A stretch of 20,000 bases of DNA from an uncultured virus (IMG/VR IMGVR_UViG_3300037119_007256). Its lineage: Duplodnaviria; Heunggongvirae; Uroviricota; Caudoviricetes. Shown piece after piece: positions 9,101-15,111 of the stretch (position 1 is its first letter; the number at the start of each line of letters is the position of its first letter). The notes under the pieces are model-generated. The model ran no database searches and had not been told where the DNA came from. It saw only the letters and a program-made list of their open reading frames with translations. The position numbers and the translations under genes were made by a program. The stretch lies in IMG/VR virus record IMGVR_UViG_3300037119_007256; one strand, written 5' to 3'.

Positions 9101-12100
9101 GGTAGATGCTACTGTACTTGGCGAAGATGGCCTTAGCCACGATATTGGCCAGTTTGGCACTATCACGGATGCCAAGAATGCCATAGTCTCGTACCACAGC
9201 GGCAAGAAACCAGGCGCCCAGCCAGGGAACAAGAACGCATACAAGGGCGGGCCTGACCTGGAGGAACAGGCCAAGTGGGAGGCGCACGTCGACGAGGAGA
9301 ATTGGCAGGAGTCGTACGGTGCCGGTGAGGAGCTACTACTCACCTCGCCGGAAGGTGATACCGCCGGGACCGTCCACGAGAACGAGGACACCGGCAACTT
9401 CGATGCTACCGCAGTCGACGGCGCGTATCTCGGCGAGTACATGACCTCGGCGGCCGCCAAGAACGCCGTCGCGCACTACCACGAACAGACCCAGAGTGGG
9501 CCAGGGCCAGCGATTCACCCCGATGCCATATGGGGCGGCCACGTCTCTGCCGGGTGGGGGTACCACGCCGAGGGCGACGAGATACATATAACTTCGCCCA
9601 CCGGCATCACGGTCGGCGTCCTCAGTGAAGGCCCGCATGGCCTCATAATGGCGCAGGTGGTGAATGGTCCCGACCTTGGTGCGTTCGATAATAGCGCAGA
9701 GGCCAGAAACGCCATAGTCGCCCACCATAGTGGCAAGGCGCCCGGAGCCCAACCGGGGAACCAGAACGCATACAAGAACGGGCCAGCCGACGAGGAGGCC
9801 GTGAAGTGGCAAGCCGGACCCGGCGGATCCAGTTGGTACATTGACAGTGAGGGTTCGGTGTACACCGGCGCCAATATGTTTGCCGGGCGTGTTGAGGAAA
9901 CCGCTGATGGTTGGAAGGCATACAAGGCTCATGGCGGAGAGGTAGGGACATATGCAACCAAGTTAGGGGCGTACAATGCGGTCGCGTGGTCCGCCGGATA
10001 CCCCTACCCGGGGCAGTATGAGGAGTCATACACCGAGGCCACGGCCGGAGACGTGGGCGACCTGGACGTCGCCGCGCCATCGGTTGCTGCGCCGGCCGCC
10101 GCAGACCTGACGGCGGCGATTGCGGCGATCGGCCCCACTGGGCCGGTCAAGCCGGCCGCCCCGTTGCCGTCGCTCGGGACACTGCCGAAGCCCGCGACCA
10201 CCACCGAGCTCAAGGCCAAGGTGATGGAGCTCGTCGACCAGGGTTACTCCTCGGCCGACGTCGCGACCGCTCTCGGGGTCAAGCAGACCTACGTCTCGGA
10301 CCACGCCTCACGAACACGTGCCCAGCGTAAGAAGGACGTCGCCGCCCTCCAGGCCGGTGCGGCTGCGGCTCCGGCCGCTCCGGCCACTCCGGCCACTCCT
10401 GTCAAGCCCTACGTAGCGACTGGCCCCGTGCCCGCCGGCTTCCCGGCCGAGCCGCACAAGTTGGAGTTCGTCAAGGCCCTTGGCGGGTCGACCGGGGCCA
10501 AGCAGTATCGGGATGCCGAGGGCGGGCTGTGGGTGTTGAAGAAGGGTAAGTACGCGGACCACGTGAAGTCCGAGTCCGACGCCGATGCCGCCTACGCGGC
10601 CGCCGGCATCGACGTGCCGGAGCACCACCTCTACGACACCGCGGAGGGGCCGCTGAAGGTCGCCAGGTGGGTAGAGGGCGTGGAGCTCGGCAAGTGGGCG
10701 GCGAAGGCCACGCCGGCCCAGAAGGCCGAGCTGGTCGCCAGGCTGCAGCGCGGGTTCGCCATGGACGCGCTCATGGGCAACTGGGACGTCACCGGGGCGT
10801 CCGCCGACAATGTCAAGGTGGACGCCACGGGACGACCCTGGCGTATCGACAACGGCGGGTCAATGGACCACCGGGCGCAGGGGGAAAAGAAGGAGCCCGA
10901 GCAGTGGAACGAACACCCGACCGAGCTGTGGACGCTGGACGACCCTAGTAAGAAGACGGCGGAGTGGCTTGGTGCTCCCAGCCATGATACCAAGGTCGCC
11001 CAGATGAAGGACCTGTTGACCAGGCGGGCCTCTATTCTGGCGTCGATCCAGGACCCGGGGCGGCGCGGGGTCGTCGCCGGGCGGCTGGACTCCATGGCCA
11101 GAGTGGTCAAGGCGTCCGATGCGATGAAGGCCGACAATTTCTCGCAGAAGCACCGCGGGGAGTTCGCCCGCCACCAGGTCGGAATGGCGGCCCACGGGGC
11201 ATTCGGGATGCTGCCGAAAAAGCTCGTGCCGCAAGGCGGGCCCAAGTCCGTCACCCTCATCAACCCGGAGAACGGCGTAGCGTTCGACGGCATGCGGGCG
11301 GCCGGATACACTCCCGTGAAGCACTACACAGTCAATCTGGTGGAGGGGTCGCACGGGCAGGGGCAGAAGTGGAAGGAACAGGTCCTGGTCAATGGGGCGG
11401 TTGTCGGCACCGTCGAGAAGGTGTCCAGCGGCGTGTACAAGGCCACTGACTCTAAAGGGGAGGTCACGAGGTTTACCACGGGTTCGGCGGCAACCACGGC
11501 TATAGCGGAACCATACAAGGGGGCGGCAGCCGTGGCTGCCGGCGGCTCCAAGTTCAAGTCAATGACCGATGGCGTATACGACTACATCAAGCAGCAGGGC
11601 GGCAACCCGGAGATCATCAAGCAATGGACGGAGTCGCAGGGCGGCGGGTCGCAGTCCGGCCACTCGCTGGCGGTCAAGTACTACCTGGCCACGCAGAACT
11701 CCTCGGACTTGCAAGGTGACTACTATTGGACCAGCGGTTTGGCCTCTTCCAAAGCGGAGTACGAGAAAAAGGTACAGAAGTACGGCGCAGACGTCTTCCG
11801 CAAAACGATTGAGGCGTACCACGCGGCGACATATGAATTGCTGTCGCGGGTCGATTTGCCTCACCTCGACCGGGCCGCCGGCACTATCGAGGTGATGAGG
11901 TCCGAGCGGAAGGCCGTCGACAACGCCATGCAGAAGGCCGGCATACCGCAGTTGCCTCCCAGCGGCCCCAACAAAGTGGTCAAGGACCTGAACATCCTGT
12001 CCGGGCCGCTGGAGTCCTTCTCGCTGATGAAGCGGGTATTTACCGGCGACAAGTACAACTGGCGGATGAAGGTGCCGCTGCACCGGATATTCGGAACCTA

Positions 12101-12227
12101 CCTGACGGAGCGGGACCCGGGCCACGGTAACTCGCCGTTCCTCGGCGACACCGAGAACGAGATCATGGTCATGACCGACAAGAACATCAAGGCCGAGGCG
12201 ACGCTGAACAAGAATTCGGCATGGTAG
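3087..12227 (+). CDS. Giant 3046-aa polyvalent protein: leader - Nudix hydrolase - repeat array - wHTH - HTH - atypical (PI3/4K/HipA-like) kinase - ADP-ribosyltransferase-like domain
   Basis: TTG start with AAGGGGG SD at 3074-3080 and an uninterrupted 9.1-kb frame. Perfect Nudix box GGGHAGENPVDVAVREVEEETG; kinase-type GGSTG..VLKK..E..NWD....DN..RIDNGG; C-terminal R (EVMRSE), S-x-S (ESFS) and E-x-E (ENE). Confidence 0.88.
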   Translation: MALLDKPGLVWTSVVDDHDADLDGWAAFAFEAEKHPRGPDGKFISRENITEQLIAKGSELGASGAAKVAAVNMAEAAIAEGTATAIAWNQAVAHLESLTPAKADFATPADYAAHAALKAKGTAEAMDPSWALTAGEAGKKQSFGAVLVDDTGRFLLREPSGHYGGYAWTFAKGGGHAGENPVDVAVREVEEETGHTPVLIGTVPGKFAGDTTLNRFFLAKSGGHDPSKMDEETASVKWATPEEAAALIGQTTSAKGKARDLALLAAAQEALATQGQPKAQSEPPETVAGPVVTPGGVQLHVVGGPKWAARAAAGWTTSETGTTGKLNLVAPDGEVAGQIYPDNKGGYKAVQAGGMHLGGSKKSQDAALEAVAAAHVSSGKKPGAQLGNQNAYKGGPTVAEPGGKISIEEAAAEQQALTDAMTPEDWAEIIAEDLGEDEDEKDLIYQVESVHKEFAKWEVNQAAGWTLSGFGTMELKNPSGAVVGVISSASGKWLIVSGPGQGPKSYPSWSATTNAMIAAYKAAGPVATQGGDLGEGPYGTWPTAENVPVAESVAEAGLSDPEDGTHLHPDAKPSAAVGPASNPYGWVFKKGSQWAALAPDGSSKNFSSAKKAGAYLGTKAGADAAAEVSSGKAPGGQPGNQNAYKGGSAQQEKDRWAARNDAGWTAVKHPGNSNRHDVKAPGGELVGRAEYNDDTGYFQAYDSNGTLLGDDYATRATALNAVATVYSNKKPGAQPGNQNAYKGGAAWQENDKWNGLEATGWDSVQDTSNTHRYNIKAPGGQPVGRIEYRDADGHYSAYDVNSVFLGNYDIRARAQNAVVAAHNSKNALEGALGAAGWTKGEGILGGSKVVAPNGEVAGSVWLDGNGNWAAVDAAGKEIGGHKKSQEAALKAVADASGYAAALKSGKKPGAQPGNKNAYKGGPTALESDKWWSAVSAGWSLEGEGTMTVKDPTGATVGLVSNADGRWKGYYTATAGPIQDLGVQPHWSTAANAVKAAHEEQGGTMGVAHGAEADPDAKEAAIAQWGVLKDQGWSLEATIGGIVAGMATVTAPNGSAAGYVKPSASVGAWDAVNTMNQPISTHTKKGWAVLAVVKDWQENKAAADQLAEEVSISHPAHPPLMAPVQATGAIADAWAAHRAALVAKGLPPGEPGLPGLHKAAIDSELEAAIGQSDISGTTPTTQGGSWANPAEWQPGGTWSNHLVPKLVALGVDPNTATESVTNYHNLHGAGTAAVGGDPAVAWGKQLAAGWSAQTNGIGSSAEVYPPGGGMSVGYAVKQTDGTWAAVGTTTGVGVDLGNHATKEGALAAIVTGKKPGAQPGNKNAYKGESLEREGKKWAKNEGKGFWFENSPLPDGTPSKSVKDPGEADIGRIVSGDGDNWHALGPDGAALGTYDSRFGALNAVVHAAAQPASGKAPGAQPGNKNAWKGGPHDIPGMSDHEHAAIEVLKGGPLAYSEVQAAWPSDMDKTYAAQALHSLEGRDLAEQSQDGTWHLTTIPTPAASGDLDQPAPVTTAGGYVAEPSEFYPGTHNVKDPVGLTIGSLTIGPSGYKAMTGTKSLGYYDSMDKALAAVETAHKGASTTYQPGTYNEEATKWHGLTDNGWATEFVDSKTFKVLAPGGVHAGTSLEDDDGNFAAHGPNGESLGTFLYHVDAVNAVAEAYSGKKPGAQLGNQNAYKGGPSGDELHKWVQQHVAAGWDHAYSMLNGEEVDNVYSPAGIKGGYIKEETVDGNNIHTATAPDGTALGSFDNHYAAMNAIVQYHKDVGYESLSDKGPIALGSGMEGMVEEGSDDIRVMHEDHGHVGWLSPGASGTWKAIGKDGMLLVAGLDREEAAKALLNDAVTGAGTAEADAAEAADAAADAAAPPHYQEASEGNGHIEAAKWKEREDAGWTTVVSGMGSEATIQEPGGMVVGSAVMDIEGYWTAKGADGGTIGTYLYHTAALNAVAHAHDGGIGKKPGAQPGNQNADAKWAIATVDGWGTSVFDDDGNMEVYAPNGETVGKIQLSDTVDATVLGEDGLSHDIGQFGTITDAKNAIVSYHSGKKPGAQPGNKNAYKGGPDLEEQAKWEAHVDEENWQESYGAGEELLLTSPEGDTAGTVHENEDTGNFDATAVDGAYLGEYMTSAAAKNAVAHYHEQTQSGPGPAIHPDAIWGGHVSAGWGYHAEGDEIHITSPTGITVGVLSEGPHGLIMAQVVNGPDLGAFDNSAEARNAIVAHHSGKAPGAQPGNQNAYKNGPADEEAVKWQAGPGGSSWYIDSEGSVYTGANMFAGRVEETADGWKAYKAHGGEVGTYATKLGAYNAVAWSAGYPYPGQYEESYTEATAGDVGDLDVAAPSVAAPAAADLTAAIAAIGPTGPVKPAAPLPSLGTLPKPATTTELKAKVMELVDQGYSSADVATALGVKQTYVSDHASRTRAQRKKDVAALQAGAAAAPAAPATPATPVKPYVATGPVPAGFPAEPHKLEFVKALGGSTGAKQYRDAEGGLWVLKKGKYADHVKSESDADAAYAAAGIDVPEHHLYDTAEGPLKVARWVEGVELGKWAAKATPAQKAELVARLQRGFAMDALMGNWDVTGASADNVKVDATGRPWRIDNGGSMDHRAQGEKKEPEQWNEHPTELWTLDDPSKKTAEWLGAPSHDTKVAQMKDLLTRRASILASIQDPGRRGVVAGRLDSMARVVKASDAMKADNFSQKHRGEFARHQVGMAAHGAFGMLPKKLVPQGGPKSVTLINPENGVAFDGMRAAGYTPVKHYTVNLVEGSHGQGQKWKEQVLVNGAVVGTVEKVSSGVYKATDSKGEVTRFTTGSAATTAIAEPYKGAAAVAAGGSKFKSMTDGVYDYIKQQGGNPEIIKQWTESQGGGSQSGHSLAVKYYLATQNSSDLQGDYYWTSGLASSKAEYEKKVQKYGADVFRKTIEAYHAATYELLSRVDLPHLDRAAGTIEVMRSERKAVDNAMQKAGIPQLPPSGPNKVVKDLNILSGPLESFSLMKRVFTGDKYNWRMKVPLHRIFGTYLTERDPGHGNSPFLGDTENEIMVMTDKNIKAEATLNKNSAW
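3505..3900 (+). other. Nudix hydrolase domain within the giant protein
   Basis: G-x5-E-x7-RE-U-x-EE-x-G at 3603-3668, preceded by GAVLVDDTGRFLLR and W-x-F-x-KG, followed by ETASVKWATPEEA. Confidence 0.9.
4002..9990 (+). repeat. Intragenic array of about 19 diverged 60-75-aa domains punctuated by 10 conserved K[KA]PG[AG]Q[PL]GN[QK]NA(YKGG) linkers
   Basis: Linkers begin at about 4224, 4980, 5271, 5802, 7020, 7323, 8070, 8943, 9204, 9735. Domain consensus KW.....GW.....v..P.G..vG.v.....w.A...G..lG.y.....A.nAv...h. Confidence 0.9.
10461..11095 (+). other. Atypical protein/lipid kinase-like domain (PI3/4-kinase/HipA-like fold)
   Basis: Gly-rich LGGSTGA, beta3 Lys (WVLKK), helix-C Glu (KSE), catalytic-loop-like MDALMGNWDVTGASADN and DFG-equivalent RIDNGG. 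Confidence 0.7.
11560..12200 (+). other. ADP-ribosyltransferase-like domain (R-S-E class, DraT-like motif spacing)
   Basis: Arg at 11898 (IEVMRSE), PLESFS at 12006-12023, KVPLHRI, and GDTENEIMV with E-x-E at 12153-12161. Confidence 0.65.
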
Positions 12228-12235
12228 GAGGGGCG

Positions 12236-12634
12236 ATGAACCTTGAGGTGTGGGGTGGGCGGAGGGGGTTCGACGACCACGGCATGGCCTGGCTGGAGCT
12301 CGACATAGCCGGGTGGCCCGCGCACCCCGACGGCACGTCGGCAGGGCGGGCACGAATTCCAATAGAGGACAGCGCGAGTAGGCCAGCCTTGCGCGCGGGG
12401 TATATATTCATGGGGGCGGAGGCGGAGGGGTTCCTCCCGGCGCTCCCGCTTCCACCGGACCCGGAGGCCGGGCGGTATGAGGTTCATCGCCTCGAGGGCT
12501 TCACAGACGACCCCGCCGTGCGGTGGTTGTTCAACGAGGCCGAGGAGGCGATAGAAGCCGGGCTGGACTACGAGCGCGAGCTGACGGCGGTCGACCTGGC
12601 TGAGGCGGTTAAGGCCCGGAAGGGGGTATTATGA
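12236..12634 (+). CDS. Acidic 132-aa hypothetical protein, candidate immunity/partner of the giant protein's C-terminal ART domain
   Basis: ATG 12236 preceded by AGGAGG (12226-12231), directly after the giant ORF stop. Its stop overlaps the protease start (ATGA). Function is inferred from position only. Confidence 0.7.
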   Translation: MNLEVWGGRRGFDDHGMAWLELDIAGWPAHPDGTSAGRARIPIEDSASRPALRAGYIFMGAEAEGFLPALPLPPDPEAGRYEVHRLEGFTDDPAVRWLFNEAEEAIEAGLDYERELTAVDLAEAVKARKGVL

Positions 12635-13593
12635 GCGAAGTTGTGCGTAAAGGCCTGTTGTTCCGGGCTGGCCAGTACCCCGACAAGGGCTATTCGATGA
12701 CCCCTGAGGAGCTTACCGCGGCTGCCGCGGCGTTCTCCGGGCCGCTCAAGCTCGACATGGAGCACACGCCGACCCCACTGGACGGGGCGCTGGGCGAACT
12801 CAGGTCGGTTGAGGTCCGCGATGGGGTGATGTACGGCGAGGTCGCCCTGCCGACGTGGCTTGACGGCGAGCTCGAGAAGTCCGGCAATGGACGCAAGGTC
12901 TCCTGCCTGTGGGACCGCGCAACCAAACAGCTGCGGGGCCTGTCGCTGGTCCGTACCGGTCGCCTCGAGGACGCCGCCCTGATGGCCGCATTCTCGGCGG
13001 CCCACCCCGTAGAGGAGCAACCTGCCCAGCGTAAGGGTTGGCTGGCTTCTCTGGTTGCCAAGTTCACCAGGGCCGCCGAGGAGACAGCTGACGAAGCCGC
13101 CGCTGAGGCCAAGGCCGCTGCTGAGGCGGCGTTCACCGCCGAGGTGGCCCGGATTAGGGCCGACGCCGAGGAGACCGTCAAGGAGCAGCGCCGGGTCGCC
13201 GCGGTTGAGCGAGCCGCCAGGGTCGAGTCCGAGTCGGCGGCGTTCGCCGACTGGGCTGTGACGTCCGAGCGGGCGATGCCGGCCGAGCGAGACCAGCTCA
13301 AGGCGCAGTTCGCGCAAGCCCTGTCCGACGACCTCGCGTCCCCCGCCAAGTTCACGATCGGCAACAAAGAGGGCGGGCGGGCCGACCTGCTTCGGTCACA
13401 GGTCGCGGCTCGCCTGCCCCATGGATTAGGCCGCGAATTGGTGGAAGCTCGGCCGGCAGCCGGTGTCACGATCCTCGCGGCAGAGTTCAGCGGCGAGGCC
13501 GGCCCGAGCGGCGGTAACGGCATGAGCGCCGAGCGGAAGCAGAAGCTGATGGAAATGACCTCGCTCGGGCGTTCTGCCCGCGGGTCCAATTAA
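12631..13593 (+). CDS. Prohead protease/scaffold protein (Mu gpI-like)
   Basis: N-terminal LFRAGQY...T.EEL...F...L.LDMEH...ALG...RKVS pattern (putative catalytic His and Ser) followed by an Ala/Glu-rich coiled-coil scaffold. Lies upstream of the decoration and capsid genes. Confidence 0.8.
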   Translation: MSEVVRKGLLFRAGQYPDKGYSMTPEELTAAAAAFSGPLKLDMEHTPTPLDGALGELRSVEVRDGVMYGEVALPTWLDGELEKSGNGRKVSCLWDRATKQLRGLSLVRTGRLEDAALMAAFSAAHPVEEQPAQRKGWLASLVAKFTRAAEETADEAAAEAKAAAEAAFTAEVARIRADAEETVKEQRRVAAVERAARVESESAAFADWAVTSERAMPAERDQLKAQFAQALSDDLASPAKFTIGNKEGGRADLLRSQVAARLPHGLGRELVEARPAAGVTILAAEFSGEAGPSGGNGMSAERKQKLMEMTSLGRSARGSN

Positions 13594-13622
13594 AGCCAGA
13601 TGATTGGCTGGAGGGCGACGAA

Positions 13623-14051
13623 GTGCCGACCGCACCGAGCGTGATATTCACCAATAACGGCCTCACCCCGTGGCAGAACCCGGAGGAGGCGCGGACCATC
13701 CAGGTCAAGTTCCCGAATGCCACCGGAGCTGTTGCCAAGGGCACGGTCATCGGGCAGCTGACGGGCGTCGGAACCAACTGGGGCGCGTACAATGACGGCG
13801 TGGCGACGGGGCTCGAAGTGGCCAGGGCCATCCTCCAGTACGACGTCTACGTGGACGCCAATGGGGTCCATACCATCACCGGCGCCGGGTCCACGCAAGG
13901 CGAGAAGGGTGAGAAGGCTGAGGGGTGCCCCGCCTTCGTCGCCGGCACCTTTGCGACGGCCGAGCTGGTGGGCCTGAACGCTGCTGGAGTAACGGACCTT
14001 GGCCGACTGATCCAGGGCACCCTGGCTGACGGCATACTGCGCATGGGCTGA
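13623..14051 (+). CDS. Head decoration (capsid cement, lambda gpD-like) protein
   Basis: GTG with GGAGG SD; 142 aa; KGTVIG...YNDG..TG.EVARAIL.YD...AFVAGTF pattern; sits between scaffold and capsid genes. Confidence 0.75.
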   Translation: MPTAPSVIFTNNGLTPWQNPEEARTIQVKFPNATGAVAKGTVIGQLTGVGTNWGAYNDGVATGLEVARAILQYDVYVDANGVHTITGAGSTQGEKGEKAEGCPAFVAGTFATAELVGLNAAGVTDLGRLIQGTLADGILRMG

Positions 14052-14069
14052 TAGGAAAGAGAGACAACA

Positions 14070-15101
14070 GTGCCCACATATGTATATCCGACCAGCCAGG
14101 AGTTGTCGGAGATCGCACAGGAGAAGGCGCCGCGCCTGATGCAGGACCGGCCCGTCTTCCAGATTCTGCCCATCCGTACCGTCGACGCCTTCCTGGTCTC
14201 CTGGGAGCAGAAAGACAACTACACCGGGCTACAGCAGTTGCGCGGCATCAACGGCGAGCCAGCCCGTGTCAAGCACGTCGGCGGCAAGCGATTCGATGTG
14301 CAGCCAGGCATCTACGGCGAGTTCAAGAACATCGACGAGCTGATGCTGATGCAGCGCCGCCAGTGGGGTACCTTCGGGACCCCGATCGACATCTCGGACC
14401 TCGTCATGGAGGCACAGGACCACCTGCTCGAGAGGCGGCTCGACCGGATCGAGCTGATCGGGTGGACCCTACTGTCGACCGGGACATTCTCGGTCGCGAT
14501 GCCCGGGGTCACTGCGTCGCAGGGCGGCATTGCCCATACCGACACTTATCCCCTCCAGACGTATGGGGCGGGCGTGGCGTGGGCGACGGTAGCGACAGCG
14601 ACGCCGCTTCTGGACTTCAGGGCGGTCAAGCTGCTGGGGCGGGGCAAGGGCGTGTCGTTCGGCACCGGGGCGCGGGCGCTGATGAATCAGACGACCGCCA
14701 ACAACATGCTGAACAACACGAACCCCAACGACCTGTTTGGTCGGCGCCACACGGGGCTTCAGACGCTGAACAACATGGGTGACATCAATCGCCTGCTGGC
14801 CGGCGACGACCTGCCTCAGCTTGAGATCTATGACGAGGGCTACCTGGACGATGCCGGTACCTTCCAGCTGTACATCCCGAACAACAAGGTCATCTTGATC
14901 GGCAAGCGATCGGCCGGGCAACAGATCGGCGAGTACCAGATGGTGCGGAACGTCAACAACGCGAACCTGGAGCCTGGCGTGTACATGAAGGTCATCGACC
15001 GTGGCGACACTGAGGTACCACGCAGCATCGAGGTCCACGACGGGCACAACGGCGGGCCGGCGCTCCATTACCCCGGTTCCGTGGTTGTCATGACGGTCTA
15101 G
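14070..15101 (+). CDS. Major capsid protein (lambda gpE-like, HK97 fold)
   Basis: 343 aa; L..R.DRIE..GW..L.TG.F and W......TPL.D motifs, EIYDEGYLDDAGTFQLYIPNNKVIL, terminal P...P..VVVMTV; synteny. Confidence 0.9.
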   Translation: MPTYVYPTSQELSEIAQEKAPRLMQDRPVFQILPIRTVDAFLVSWEQKDNYTGLQQLRGINGEPARVKHVGGKRFDVQPGIYGEFKNIDELMLMQRRQWGTFGTPIDISDLVMEAQDHLLERRLDRIELIGWTLLSTGTFSVAMPGVTASQGGIAHTDTYPLQTYGAGVAWATVATATPLLDFRAVKLLGRGKGVSFGTGARALMNQTTANNMLNNTNPNDLFGRRHTGLQTLNNMGDINRLLAGDDLPQLEIYDEGYLDDAGTFQLYIPNNKVILIGKRSAGQQIGEYQMVRNVNNANLEPGVYMKVIDRGDTEVPRSIEVHDGHNGGPALHYPGSVVVMTV

Positions 15102-15111
15102 GGAGAGAGAC

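Noticed and set aside
4224..9782. Conserved about 48-bp repeats separated by unique sequence, suggesting a CRISPR-like array
   Set aside because: Spacing is irregular (about 260-1200 bp), the repeats vary at synonymous positions, and all lie in frame in one ORF. No cas genes are present.
4224..9782. Calling the giant ORF a terminase small subunit because of GAQPGNKNA
   Set aside because: Only the short motif matches; size and domain content are incompatible.
10368..10399. 9-bp tandem repeat (G/A)CTCCGGCC
   Set aside because: It encodes an in-frame Ala/Pro/Thr linker and the unit is a multiple of 3, so there is no phase-variation potential.
3087..12227. Adhesin, RTX, tail fibre or tape measure identity, or an intein, for the giant ORF
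   Set aside because: No signal peptide, RTX nonapeptides or intein splice motifs were seen. It carries cytoplasmic enzyme domains, lies in the head region, and a separate tape measure gene starts at 19130.
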